A DNA stretch of 64,000 nucleotides from an uncultured bacterium (GCA_903908715.1 CAIVSY010000041.1:11314-75313); one strand, 5' to 3'. Shown: positions 37,861 to 46,438, counted from the first letter of the stretch. A program made the numbers and translations. Notes: generated from the letters alone by a model not told the origin.

Positions 37861-38543
37861 GGACCCGCAAGGATTTCCATCACACAGGCGGTATCGCCAA
37901 GATCCGGCAGCACTACATCGGCTTCCGCGGCGCGCAGGTCGTCCGTGTTGAACTTCCCGGTGGCGACCGCCACGGCCACGGCGCCGATCGACTTTGCGGC
38001 CGCGATGTCGTTCGGGGTATCCCCGATCAGGAATAATGGCCCGAGGGTGCCGGTGCCGGAAATCTTCCTGCGGACCCGCTCCAGCGCGAGGCGTGCGATC
38101 TCCTTGCGATCGGCATGGTCATCGCCGAAGGCGCCCAGCACAAAGTGATGGTGCAGGTTGAACTGGCGCAGTTTGATGCGGGCACAGGCCGCGATGTTGC
38201 CCGTGACGAGGCCGAGGATCATATCGTGGCGCGCAGACAAGGCTTCCAGCAGGGGCCGGACGCCGGGGTAGAGGATCAGTTCGGCGTTGCGCGCGGCCCG
38301 TTCCAGTTCCTCCGGCAGGAACCGGAAGAAACGACGGCAATCCTCCGGCGTCAGTTCGCGGCCGTGATGGTTCATGACCTGCTGAAGGACATTCAGGTCC
38401 GTGTTGCCCGCGAACTGGATGTAGGAAAGGTCGTCGTTCAGCCGGAAGACCTCGTTGACCGAGGTGACGAAAGCCTTCCGCCCCGCCCCTTTCAGGTCCA
38501 GCAGTGTGCCGTCAATGTCGAAAAGGACGGGGGTGATTTCCAT
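37845..38543 (-). CDS. HAD-superfamily hydrolase
   Basis: Start at internal Met (MEITPVLFDIDGTLLD, motif I DxDGT). Motif III/IV region LFLIGDTPNDIAAAKSIG. Confidence 0.8.
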   Translation of the reverse strand: MEITPVLFDIDGTLLDLKGAGRKAFVTSVNEVFRLNDDLSYIQFAGNTDLNVLQQVMNHHGRELTPEDCRRFFRFLPEELERAARNAELILYPGVRPLLEALSARHDMILGLVTGNIAACARIKLRQFNLHHHFVLGAFGDDHADRKEIARLALERVRRKISGTGTLGPLFLIGDTPNDIAAAKSIGAVAVAVATGKFNTDDLRAAEADVVLPDLGDTACVMEILAGPQARR

Positions 38544-38554
38544 GAAGCCGTGTT

Positions 38555-39337
38555 CTAGCGGAGCATGAAGTGGCCGGCGTTGGATTCGGGATGGTGATAT
38601 CTCCGCCGGCCCGCGGTGCGGGGTCCGAACTGGATGGCTTCCTGCGGGCACCATTGCAGGCAGGCCATGCACTGTTCACAGCGGTGCTGCCATGCCGGCT
38701 TGCCATTCTGCAGGGTGATGTTGCCCACGGGGCAAACCTTGGCGCAGAGACCGCAGCTATTGCATCGTTCATCGGCAAAGAATTTTACGTCGCCGGCCGC
38801 AAGGTGTCTGGATCCGAATCGGTAGACGAATCCCGACATGACGGTGCGGCCGAACCATGAGCCGCGGTCGACCTGTCCCCTCCGGCTTGCGTGGAGATCC
38901 TCGAGGATGGCATTCAGCCGGAGTGTCGCTTGATTGAACAACTTCCGTTGCGTCGTCTCGGACGGCGCACCGTAAAGGGGGGTATAGTTACCCGGCATCT
39001 GCACGACGGCCCCGAACGCAAGGGTCAGGTTGCGGCTTGCCAGCGTTTGTTCCAGCTGTGCGAGGGTTCCGCCGGCGCTTCCGCCGCAGGTGACCACCCC
39101 GAAACAGTAGGCGGATGAATCCGCCTGGATCCCGCGGCAGAAGCGTTCCACAATCAGGGGCATCCCCCACATATATACGGGAAAGACGAACCCGATCCGT
39201 TCCGCAGGAGCGGCAGGCGGTTGGAGGATGGCTTGCGGGATCGGGACAACCTCTGCCTCGCCCAGTCCCTTGGCCAGCATGCGGGCGACATACAGGGAGT
39301 TGCCTGTGCCGGAGAAGTAATAGATCCTCGTTGGCAT
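38555..39337 (-). CDS. Flavodoxin-like / 4Fe-4S ferredoxin fusion protein (EFR1-like)
   Basis: N-terminus YYFSGTGNS (flavodoxin-like). C-terminus CNSCGLCAKVCP and CEQCMACLQWCP. Confidence 0.7.
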   Translation of the reverse strand: MPTRIYYFSGTGNSLYVARMLAKGLGEAEVVPIPQAILQPPAAPAERIGFVFPVYMWGMPLIVERFCRGIQADSSAYCFGVVTCGGSAGGTLAQLEQTLASRNLTLAFGAVVQMPGNYTPLYGAPSETTQRKLFNQATLRLNAILEDLHASRRGQVDRGSWFGRTVMSGFVYRFGSRHLAAGDVKFFADERCNSCGLCAKVCPVGNITLQNGKPAWQHRCEQCMACLQWCPQEAIQFGPRTAGRRRYHHPESNAGHFMLR

Positions 39338-39351
39338 GCTGGTGCCTTCCT

Positions 39352-40722
39352 TTACAGGTGGCTCAACGGCTTGCGGCCAATCGGGTACACATTAAACCCG
39401 GTCTGGAACAAACGCTGGTGGTCCAGGCAGTTGCGCCCGTCGAACAAGAAGGCCGGCTTGCTCATCGAGTCGTAGATCTTCTGGAAATCCAGCTTCTTGT
39501 ACTCGGACCAGTCGGTCATCACGGCAATGGCATGGGCGCCTTCGGCCGCCCTGTAAGGATCCTTGTCGAACGTGACCTTGCCGGCGCAGTCCGCGAGGTC
39601 GCGGCGGGCATTGTCCAGGGCCTCCGGGTCGGTGACCACGAGGCTGGCGCGTTCTTCGATGAGCGACCGGCACACCCGGATGGCCGGGCTTTCGCGCGTG
39701 TCGCCTGTATCCGCCTTGAAAGCAAAACCGAAGACAGCGATGCGCTTACCTGCGACCGTGTTGAACATCGAGGCGATCATCTGCCGCACAAAACGGTCTT
39801 CCTGGTACTCGTTCATCCGCACGACCTGCTCCCAGTAGTCGGCCACTTCGGTGAGACCGTAATGGCGGCAGAGGTAGACGAGGTTCAGGATATCCTTCTT
39901 GAAGCAGGAGCCGCCGAATCCGACGCTTGCGTTCAGGAACTTGGGGCCGATCCGGCTATCCATCCCGATGGCGCGAGCCACTTCGGTCACATCGGCCTCG
40001 GTGCGCTCGCAAAGGGCTGAGAGGCTGTTGATCGAACTGATCCGCTGGGCCAGGAAGGCGTTGGCGGCCAGTTTCGAAAGTTCGCTCGACCACACGTTGG
40101 TGGTCAGGATGCGTTCCCGGGAAATCCAGTGGGCGTAAATCGACACCAGTTCTGCGACGGCGCGCCGCCCGCTGTCGGTCGAGTGGCCTCCGATCAGGAC
40201 GCGGTCGGGATTTTCGAGATCCTTGATGGCGGTTCCCTCCGCCAGGAACTCAGGATTGGAAAGGACCTCGAAATGGACAGTGCGTTCGCCGGAGTGCAGG
40301 ATGCGTTCCATGGCTTCGGCGGTTCGAACCGGCAGGGTGCTTTTTTCCACCACGATTTTGTCCGAGCGGGAGTGCTGCTTGATCTGGCGGGCGGTCTTTT
40401 CCCAGTACTGCAGGTCGGCGGCCATGCCGGCTCCCTGCCCGAAGGTTTTTGTGGGCGTATTGACGCTCACGAAGATGATATCCGCTTCCTCGATGCCGCG
40501 GGCAATATCGGTTGAAAAGAACAGGTTGCGGTTCAGGCACGACTTTACGACCTCGTGGAGACCGGGTTCGTAGATGGGCAATTGATCGCTTTGCCAGGCG
40601 CGGATCCGGTCGGCGTCGATATCCACCACATGGACACGGTATCCCGGGCATTTCCTGGCGATCATGGCCATGGTCGGACCGCCGACATATCCTGCACCGA
40701 TGCAAAGGATGGTTTTGCTCAT
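39352..40722 (-). CDS. ugd: UDP-glucose 6-dehydrogenase
   Basis: Start at Met40 ([17 protein letters not shown]). Catalytic GGSCFKKD. About 456 aa, the long UGDH type. Confidence 0.9.
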   Translation of the reverse strand: MSKTILCIGAGYVGGPTMAMIARKCPGYRVHVVDIDADRIRAWQSDQLPIYEPGLHEVVKSCLNRNLFFSTDIARGIEEADIIFVSVNTPTKTFGQGAGMAADLQYWEKTARQIKQHSRSDKIVVEKSTLPVRTAEAMERILHSGERTVHFEVLSNPEFLAEGTAIKDLENPDRVLIGGHSTDSGRRAVAELVSIYAHWISRERILTTNVWSSELSKLAANAFLAQRISSINSLSALCERTEADVTEVARAIGMDSRIGPKFLNASVGFGGSCFKKDILNLVYLCRHYGLTEVADYWEQVVRMNEYQEDRFVRQMIASMFNTVAGKRIAVFGFAFKADTGDTRESPAIRVCRSLIEERASLVVTDPEALDNARRDLADCAGKVTFDKDPYRAAEGAHAIAVMTDWSEYKKLDFQKIYDSMSKPAFLFDGRNCLDHQRLFQTGFNVYPIGRKPLSHL

Positions 40723-40869
40723 GGTTGCTGTCTTTCCTTGGGTTCGGCGGAATACTAGAGAAAACGGCAGGCTGATACAACTGGCTTCTCCTCCCTCTCT
40801 CCTGCTGTGGTTTTGGCATGCCCCGCCATCAAGAACCACCCCACCTCATCAAACTTAATTCTTTACTAT

Positions 40870-41025
40870 TTACGGCTTGTCCCCGTCAGGGGAGGTGGCG
40901 ATGGACGGAAGTTCCGACGTCAGGAACATCCGGATCCAGTTCAGATAGAAAGGCAGATGTCGTTCTTCGACCAGCTTGCGCTGGCGGACATATTCCACAA
41001 GCGACTGAAGATCAATTGGTTGCAT
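40870..41025 (-). pseudogene. Truncated tyrosine recombinase, integron-integrase-like N-terminal (SAM-like) fragment
   Basis: 51 aa from the Met preceded by AAGGAG. LVEYVRQRKLVEERHLPFYLNWIRMFL aligns with the IntI N-terminal block ([27 protein letters not shown]). A stop follows after about 50 aa and there is no catalytic domain. The track ORF 40870..41067 reads through the adjacent inverted repeat. Confidence 0.55.
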
Positions 41026-41043
41026 TGTGACTCCTTGACGTAT

Positions 41044-41145
41044 AACGAATAGCGTTTTATCCCACACATCCGGCGAAATCAGGTTGATCTGCCAATCATC
41101 TCGCCGTATCCTCGCCGGACATGGGATAAAACGCTATTCGTTGGC
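41044..41145. repeat. attI-like region: 31-bp-arm imperfect inverted repeat ending in the GTT|GGC junction
   Basis: AACGAATAGCGTTTTATCCCACACATCCGGCGA (35-nt spacer) TCGCCGGACATGGGATAAAACGCTATTCGTT-GGC. The GTTGGC core complements the GCCAAC R'' of the first cassette's attC. Confidence 0.5.
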
Positions 41146-41154
41146 AGACAGAAC

Positions 41155-41499
41155 ATGAGGATGACTGTAACCATAGCAGTCACGTTGATTGCGGCCCTCA
41201 CTGCGGGATGCGCGAGTCTGATTGTACACTGCTCAGAACCTCCGGAAGGGGAGCTGCATCCGAAGTACGTTTACTCCGGCACACAGGTCAGCGCGGAAGA
41301 GATCCGGCGCACCACAGACTATATGAACAGCCCGAGGTATGGATACGATGCGTTCGACCCGCTCTGGCCCTTTGCGTGGTTTCTCCTTGTTGTCGACTTC
41401 CCGCTGACCTTGGCGGCAGATACGCTCTTCTTGCCGTATGATGCATACATGGTAACAATTGGGGGAAGGGACCGGTACGGAGTGATTGAGGACAAATGA
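41155..41499 (+). CDS. Cassette 1: small lipoprotein (hypothetical)
   Basis: Lipobox LIAALTAGC. 114 aa. Starts 10 bp after the GTTGGC core. Confidence 0.55.
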   Translation: MRMTVTIAVTLIAALTAGCASLIVHCSEPPEGELHPKYVYSGTQVSAEEIRRTTDYMNSPRYGYDAFDPLWPFAWFLLVVDFPLTLAADTLFLPYDAYMVTIGGRDRYGVIEDK

Positions 41500-41502
41500 A
41501 CT

Positions 41503-41572
41503 GCCAACCACGCGTCGCTCCCTATTCGCCACCCGCGGACGGGTGGCTCAAGGGAGAGCGCGGACGTTAGGG
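41503..41572 (+). repeat. attC-like site 0 (R'' GCCAACC ... R' GTTAGGG)
   Basis: 70-bp imperfect palindrome directly after the cassette 1 stop. Shares ...CTCAAGGG...GACGTT... with the other sites. Confidence 0.55.
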
Positions 41573-41580
41573 ATCAGATT

Positions 41581-42750
41581 ATGAGAAGACCAGTCATGTG
41601 GAGAGACCCAACACACGGTGCGGCTATTCTCGCATGCACAATCATGATGTTTTGCGTTCCCGCTATTGCCGCTGACAGCAAGGGTCCGAGGGCCGACGAT
41701 CTATCGGCCCTCGGACCGCTGACAGTTGAGACCCTGGAGTTCCCCAACCTTGTGGACGTCAACCGACCTGAAAGCGATTCTGCAACTCCACGACCACGCC
41801 TCTTCCCCCGGCTGCGACGCGGCCGAGCGCAGGCAGAGAACTTGTCTACCGGGAAGGAACGGCGCATCCCGATCAAAATGCATATCCCGGCCACAGGTGG
41901 GCCGTACCCAATCATCGTTGCCTCGCACGGTGCTGGAGGTAATTGGGATACGCACTACGCACAGGCACAGCACTTGGCGTCGCATGGCTATGCTGTATTG
42001 TGCTTGGAACATGTCGGCAGCAACACCGACCGTCTGAAGAGCGGGATACGCTTGATGGACAATCTCAACAAGATGATTCGAGATGCCAATGAGGTTCTGG
42101 GGAGACCGAAAGATGTGAGTTTTGCAATCGACCGCGCCGAGGAGTGGAACACGTCGCATGAGAAATTGCGCGGGCGCCTGAATGTCAGGCATGTTGGGGT
42201 AATGGGGCATTCCTTTGGTGCTTACACCACGATGGTCATCTGCGGCATGCGGCCGGCGCTTGATTGGATGGAACCGCCCGTTGCGCCGGGCAAAGGACTT
42301 GGGCCAGATCAGAGGGACGCTCGTGTCTCCTGCGGCGTAGCGCTTTCGCCCCAAGGCGCCGACGAACCCTTCTTCATCAATGAAAGCTTTGCTACCCTGA
42401 GCGCGCCATTAATGGGCGTTTCGGGTACGGAAGACAGGCAACAGGGCGGGCTCCCACCGGCAAATCGATACAAGGCTTTCAGCCTTTGGCCCGCAAAGCA
42501 AGGGCAGCACAAGTTCGTCTGGCTGGCCAATGCCCATCATCTGGACTTTACCGACTCCACTGGCGCAAAGCAGCAGGGCATCCGTTCCGCTAACCGTGAA
42601 GATGTTCAGCCAATTGTGAGAGCAGCCACCTTGTTGTTCTTCAATACGTATCTCAAAGCTGACACTTCAGTCGCCGGAAACCTGTCCACCAACGGCCTGC
42701 AAAAGTATCTGCGGGGGGCCGTAGATGGCGTAGAGGTGAGAAGCAGATGA
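41581..42750 (+). CDS. Cassette 2: alpha/beta hydrolase (PAF-acetylhydrolase/lipase-like), secreted
   Basis: Signal peptide. GHSFGA nucleophile elbow (GxSxG). Start codon 9 bp after R', with no promoter of its own apparent. Confidence 0.7.
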   Translation: MRRPVMWRDPTHGAAILACTIMMFCVPAIAADSKGPRADDLSALGPLTVETLEFPNLVDVNRPESDSATPRPRLFPRLRRGRAQAENLSTGKERRIPIKMHIPATGGPYPIIVASHGAGGNWDTHYAQAQHLASHGYAVLCLEHVGSNTDRLKSGIRLMDNLNKMIRDANEVLGRPKDVSFAIDRAEEWNTSHEKLRGRLNVRHVGVMGHSFGAYTTMVICGMRPALDWMEPPVAPGKGLGPDQRDARVSCGVALSPQGADEPFFINESFATLSAPLMGVSGTEDRQQGGLPPANRYKAFSLWPAKQGQHKFVWLANAHHLDFTDSTGAKQQGIRSANREDVQPIVRAATLLFFNTYLKADTSVAGNLSTNGLQKYLRGAVDGVEVRSR

Positions 42751-42785
42751 CACAACAAACGGGGAAGTTCCAAACGAAATACAAT

Positions 42786-42842
42786 CCCTAACAAGGATCC
42801 GAAGGCGACGGGTAAACCCGCGCCTTAGCTCCAGCGTTCGGC
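42786..42842 (+). repeat. attC-like site a (R'' CCCTAAC ... R' GTTCGGC)
   Basis: 57 bp. R'' is the exact reverse complement of GTTAGGG at the start of cassette 2. Inner hairpin CCGAAGGCG/CGCCTT. Confidence 0.55.
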
Positions 42843-42903
42843 ATGAATTCAATCAGAAATTATAGGGCTTGATGCGTATACCGTTATCGTATACATTATA
42901 GCC

Positions 42904-43203
42904 ATGATCGAGCTGATAACCATGCCGGATTTTGAGGGGTTCGATTGGTCCGGAGGCAATGCCGAGAAGAATTGGGACAGGCATAAGGTCTCGCCACTGG
43001 AAGCGGAACAGGTGTTCTTTAATTCGCCACTTCTGGCCGGAGAAGATGCCGCACACTCTCAGCATGAGAGGCGTTTGTTTGCTCTCGGGCAGACGGATGA
43101 GGGTCGCGAATTGTTTATTGCGTTTACGGTTCGCGGTCGAAAATTGCGGATTGTGTCGGCACGGGATATGAGCCGGAAGGAACGAAAGGTTTACCAATCA
43201 TGA
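42904..43203 (+). CDS. brnT: Cassette 3: BrnT-family (DUF497) toxin
   Basis: GGNAEKNWDRHKVSPLEAEQVF matches the BrnT ribonuclease toxin family. Upstream operator with two GTATAC palindromes. Confidence 0.75.
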   Translation: MIELITMPDFEGFDWSGGNAEKNWDRHKVSPLEAEQVFFNSPLLAGEDAAHSQHERRLFALGQTDEGRELFIAFTVRGRKLRIVSARDMSRKERKVYQS

Positions 43204-43484
43204 AGAAGCAGATTCCATCATTCAAGAGTGAGGATTCCGAAAGGGAGTTTTGGGCGGATCATGATTCCACCGATTATGTTGATTGGTCCAAGGCTAAGCG
43301 GGTGGTTTTCCCGAATTTGAAGCCTTCCACCAAAACCATCTCATTGCGTCTTCCGGAATCCATTATTGCCGCACTTAAAGTCTTGGCCAACAAGCGTGAT
43401 GTGCCTTACCAGTCACTGCTTAAAGTGTTCTTGGCCGAAAAGGTCGAGGCCGAACTGCGTCATGGTCATGCCAAGACAGCATGA
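43200..43484 (+). CDS. brnA: Cassette 3: BrnA antitoxin (CopG/RHH-like)
   Basis: ATGA overlap with brnT. EREFWADHDSTDYVDWSKAKRVVFPNLKPSTKTISLRLPESI is the characteristic BrnA motif. Confidence 0.75.
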   Translation: MKKQIPSFKSEDSEREFWADHDSTDYVDWSKAKRVVFPNLKPSTKTISLRLPESIIAALKVLANKRDVPYQSLLKVFLAEKVEAELRHGHAKTA

Positions 43485-43548
43485 GCCGAACCAGCCCTCC
43501 GCGCGCGACGGCGCTCCCGCGCCGCGGTTCAAGGGCAACGTGTTCGGC
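43485..43548 (+). repeat. attC-like site b (R'' GCCGAAC ... R' GTTCGGC)
   Basis: 64 bp. R'' is the exact reverse complement of the cassette 3 start core. Shares CCAGCCCTCCG.GCGCGACG and CAAGGGCAACGT with site f. Confidence 0.6.
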
Positions 43549-43610
43549 TTCGCAAATAGTGATTGATTCAACACATAAGAATGTGTGACTGTATGTGTGG
43601 AGGAAATCGT

Positions 43611-43811
43611 ATGGCGACAAATCTACAACTCGACGATAAATTGATTAAGCAGGCTGTTACGCTTGGGGGGCACCACACCAAGAGGGCTGCGGTGACGCAG
43701 GCGCTGTCTGACTATATCCGCAATCTGCAACAGGAGAGAATTCTGGATCTGTTCGGGAAGGTTGATTTCGCCCCTGAATATGACCACAAGAGACAGCGGG
43801 CGAAAGCATGA
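43611..43811 (+). CDS. vapB: Cassette 4: VapB-family antitoxin
   Basis: Met17 after GGAGGA. 66 aa. The upstream operator is an ACACAT/ATGTGT inverted repeat. Confidence 0.7.
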   Translation: MATNLQLDDKLIKQAVTLGGHHTKRAAVTQALSDYIRNLQQERILDLFGKVDFAPEYDHKRQRAKA

Positions 43812-44269
43812 GAGTGCTCGTCGACACCAGCGTCTGGGCACTCGCGTTGCGGCGGGCTGGTCATGTTCAGAATCCGGACGCGGATGAACTGAAACGCCTG
43901 ATTACCAGTCACTTGACTGAGATCATCGGCCCCATTCGACAAGAGTTACTCTCCGGCGTCCGGGATCAGGCACAGTTTGATCTGCTGGAAGACCGTTTGG
44001 CCTGTTTCCCGGATCGTCCGCTTCATGCCGAGGACTATGTGACGGCGGCCAAAATGTTCAACCTGTGTCGCGCAAAAGGCATCCAAGGTTCAAATACAGA
44101 CTTTCTAATCTGTGCAGTTGCCGTGCGGCATGATTTTGCCATCTTCACGACAGATGATGATTTCCGCCTCTTCGCAAAGTATCTGCCCATCGTTGTATAC
44201 GAATTCAAAACACACGCCGAACCACACCTTGTTCCGTACGGCTCGCAAGCTCGCCGCCGGAAAAAGTGA
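43808..44269 (+). CDS. vapC: Cassette 4: VapC PIN-domain toxin
   Basis: ATGA overlap. MRVLVDTSVW (PIN Asp), FLICAVAVRHDFAIFTTDDDF. Confidence 0.8.
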   Translation: MRVLVDTSVWALALRRAGHVQNPDADELKRLITSHLTEIIGPIRQELLSGVRDQAQFDLLEDRLACFPDRPLHAEDYVTAAKMFNLCRAKGIQGSNTDFLICAVAVRHDFAIFTTDDDFRLFAKYLPIVVYEFKTHAEPHLVPYGSQARRRKK

Positions 44270-44278
44270 CCGTTGTGG
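44216..44278 (+). repeat. attC-like site c (R'' GCCGAAC ... R' GTTGTGG), overlaps vapC 3' end
   Basis: 63 bp. R'' is the exact reverse complement of the cassette 4 start core. Shares CGCTCGCAAGCTCGC with site e. Confidence 0.55.
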
Positions 44279-44326
44279 ATGAGAAAATGATTGATAATGT
44301 AATAACATAGTGATTACATTGCTCTC

Positions 44327-44581
44327 ATGAAGGCGACACTGATACCGATTGGCAATTCCCGAGGGGTAAGAATACCCAAACCGTTTATCGAACAATGCGG
44401 CTTGTCTGAACAAGTCGAGATTGATGTGCGGGATCACATGATCTTGATCCACTCTCCCCGCCATCCCCGTGCAGGCTGGGATAAGGCGTTCAGCCGTATG
44501 GCTCGCCTGGGTGATGATAAATTGCTGGACTCGCAGAACACCACCACGCAGTGGGATACCGAGGAGTGGCAATGGAAGTAA
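44327..44581 (+). CDS. mazE: Cassette 5: MazE/AbrB-type antitoxin
   Basis: MKATLIPIGNSRGVRIPKPF is a SpoVT/AbrB swapped-hairpin motif. Upstream GTAATAACATAGTGATTAC operator-like palindrome. Confidence 0.8.
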   Translation: MKATLIPIGNSRGVRIPKPFIEQCGLSEQVEIDVRDHMILIHSPRHPRAGWDKAFSRMARLGDDKLLDSQNTTTQWDTEEWQWK

Positions 44582-44895
44582 ACCGGTTTGATGTCTTCCT
44601 GGTCTCCCTTGATCCGACCTTGGGCCATGAGATCAAGAAGACACGGCCTTGCGTCATCATCTCGCCTGACGAGATGAACCATCACATCGGCACTGTGATT
44701 GTTGCCCCTATGACGAGCCGGGGACGCGATTATCCCACCCGGGTGAATTGCGCATTCCAGAAAGTGAGTGGTCAGGTTGTGCTGGATCAAATCCGGACCG
44801 TTGACAAGATCAGACTGGTCAAGCGACTCGGCACTCTATCTCCTGCTGTTGCCGACCAGATGTTGTCCGTTCTAATCGAAATGTTTCAGAAATGA
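44572..44895 (+). CDS. mazF: Cassette 5: MazF/PemK-family toxin
   Basis: Met8 start overlaps the mazE stop. VFLVSLDPTLGHEIKKTRPCVIIS is the MazF/PemK signature. Confidence 0.85.
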   Translation: MEVNRFDVFLVSLDPTLGHEIKKTRPCVIISPDEMNHHIGTVIVAPMTSRGRDYPTRVNCAFQKVSGQVVLDQIRTVDKIRLVKRLGTLSPAVADQMLSVLIEMFQK

Positions 44896-44954
44896 CCCCA
44901 GCCAGGCCTCGCACGCGACGGCGAGTACGTTGCGCTTGAAGGCCGCCGTTCGCG
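44896..44954 (+). repeat. attC-like site d (R'' CCCCAGC? ... R' GTTCGCG)
   Basis: 59 bp. Shares CGCACGCGACGGCG with sites b and f. Its R'' does not complement the cassette 5 start, so it is the one exception to the pattern. Confidence 0.4.
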
Positions 44955-45025
44955 AAAGAAATGGTATTGACAGCATGATCGGAGTGCTGCAACATGTACC
45001 GAAATACGTACATGAAGGAGAGTCC

Positions 45026-45286
45026 ATGACAACACTGACTGCGACCGACGCGCGCCGAGAGTTTTTCGATGTCGTTAAGGGGGCGACCGACAAGCACCAG
45101 ATTTACCGGATACACCATCGCCGGGGCTCAGTCGTCCTGCTGGCGGAGGATGACTACGACAGCATGATTGAGACCCTGGATCTGCTCTCCACGCCTGGCT
45201 TCCGCCAAAGCATGAAGAAGTCCGTGGAGCAGATGCGCAGAGGCGAGACGGTCTCGTTCGAGGAGGTCTTCGGAGAGAAACCGTGA
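45026..45286 (+). CDS. Cassette 6: Phd/YefM-family antitoxin
   Basis: Met33 start. TATDARREFFDVV...YRIHHRRGSVVLLAEDDYDSMIETLDL is typical Phd/YefM. Operator ACATGTAC...GTACATG. Confidence 0.8.
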   Translation: MTTLTATDARREFFDVVKGATDKHQIYRIHHRRGSVVLLAEDDYDSMIETLDLLSTPGFRQSMKKSVEQMRRGETVSFEEVFGEKP

Positions 45287-45540
45287 CGCCATATGCCATC
45301 CGGTTCACCAAAGAGGCCGCAAAGGACGTCGACAAACTCCCCCCTCGTCTGAAGGAGAAGCTCAAGATTGTGCTCCGGGAACAGGTGGCACCGAACCCCC
45401 GTTGCGGAAAACGGTTGGTCGGCGACCTTGCGGGATTCTTCTGCTTGAGGCTCTCCTACAAGGACCGACTGGTCTACTCGGTGGACGACGACCGCAGGAC
45501 TATCTTCGTTCACCGGGCGAGAACCCACTACGGAGACTGA
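45283..45540 (+). CDS. Cassette 6: RelE/ParE-family toxin
   Basis: ATGA overlap. 85 aa. YRLVYSVDDDRRTIFVHRARTH is a RelE/ParE C-terminal pattern. Confidence 0.75.
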   Translation: MTPYAIRFTKEAAKDVDKLPPRLKEKLKIVLREQVAPNPRCGKRLVGDLAGFFCLRLSYKDRLVYSVDDDRRTIFVHRARTHYGD

Positions 45541-45550
45541 TGACAGGGTG

Positions 45551-45684
45551 CGCGAAACACGGCGTCCAGGATACGCTCGCAAGCTCGCGCTCCTGACGCC
45601 CCGGCAATTCTGGGACAAGGAGAGGGGCCAACAAGGCGGCGGACACGCGCCGTAACCCTGGCGGGTTCACCGCCCGTGTTGGCC
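45551..45684 (+). repeat. attC-like site(s) e (R'' CGCGAAAC ... internal GGCCAAC ... R' GTTGGCC)
   Basis: 134 bp. May be one long attC, or two attCs bracketing an empty cassette. R'' complements the cassette 6 start GTTCGCG with one extra A. Confidence 0.45.
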
Positions 45685-45748
45685 CTTACAAATGAATTGA
45701 CGATATGTACAGAACTCTGTACATTACTGTACATATCGGAGATTAACT

Positions 45749-45988
45749 ATGACAACCGTGACTCTAACCGAATTCAGAAGTCATGCATCAGGAATGCTGA
45801 GCCGGGTGGAACGTGGAGAAACGCTGCTGGTGCTCAGGCATGGTCGTCCTATTGCAGAGGTGACACCCATTGCGAGTCAGAACAAAGAGCAACCTTCGTG
45901 GAAAAGACCCGGGCTTCGCCTCTCGACAAAAGGAATAAGCCTCTCGGCAACTATTCTGGCGGAGCGTGACCATGAAAGCATTCCTTGA
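45749..45988 (+). CDS. Cassette 7: Phd/YefM-family antitoxin
   Basis: MTTVTLTEFRSHASGMLSRVERGETLLVLRHGRPIAEV. The upstream operator has three TGTACA palindromes. Confidence 0.8.
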   Translation: MTTVTLTEFRSHASGMLSRVERGETLLVLRHGRPIAEVTPIASQNKEQPSWKRPGLRLSTKGISLSATILAERDHESIP

Positions 45989-46385
45989 TTCCTCCGCTTT
46001 TGCGAAGCGTTTTGTCGAAGAAAACGGGAGCGATGGCGTCGAGGTCATTTGCGCCCAGGCAACGGAACTCGGGCTGAGTGTGATCTGTGTGCCCGAGATT
46101 GTTTCCGCACTGAACCGCCGCCGCCGCGAACACACGCTGACCCGTGAGCAGTATCATGTCGCCAAAAAGCGATTGCTTGATGATGTCCGCGACGCGGACA
46201 TCATTTTCCTCACTCCGACTGTGATCGGGTCAGCCATCCTGATCCTTGAGGCAAGTCCCGTCCGAGCGATGGATGCCCTGCATGTTGCTTGTGCGCTTGA
46301 ATGGGGGGCGGAGCTGTTTGCCTCAGCCGACAAGCAGCAACTCCAGGCGGCAAGACGAGCTGGAATGAAAACCAGGCAGATATAA
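45972..46385 (+). CDS. vapC: Cassette 7: VapC PIN-domain toxin
   Basis: MKAFLDSSAF (PIN Asp) and MDALHVACALEWGAELFASAD. Start overlaps the antitoxin 3' end. Confidence 0.8.
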   Translation: MKAFLDSSAFAKRFVEENGSDGVEVICAQATELGLSVICVPEIVSALNRRRREHTLTREQYHVAKKRLLDDVRDADIIFLTPTVIGSAILILEASPVRAMDALHVACALEWGAELFASADKQQLQAARRAGMKTRQI

Positions 46386-46387
46386 AC

Positions 46388-46434
46388 GGCCACCAGCCCT
46401 CCGAGCGCGACGCCGCTCAAGGGCAACGTTGTGC
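46388..46434 (+). repeat. attC-like site f (R'' GGCCACC ... R' GTTGTGC)
   Basis: 47 bp, a shortened homologue of site b. R'' complements the cassette 7 start GTTGGCC with one mismatch. Confidence 0.5.
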
Positions 46435-46438
46435 AGGG

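Noticed and set aside
40870-41067. Calling the 65-aa ORF a confirmed integron integrase
   Set aside because: Only the N-terminal SAM-like block is present. That domain is shared with XerC/D and phage integrases. The integron assignment rests on context (divergent orientation plus the attC series), not on the IntI-specific insertion.
45551-45684. Treating site e as a single canonical attC
   Set aside because: At 134 bp with an internal GGCCAAC...GTTGGCC pair, it may be two attCs flanking an empty cassette. Both possibilities are recorded.
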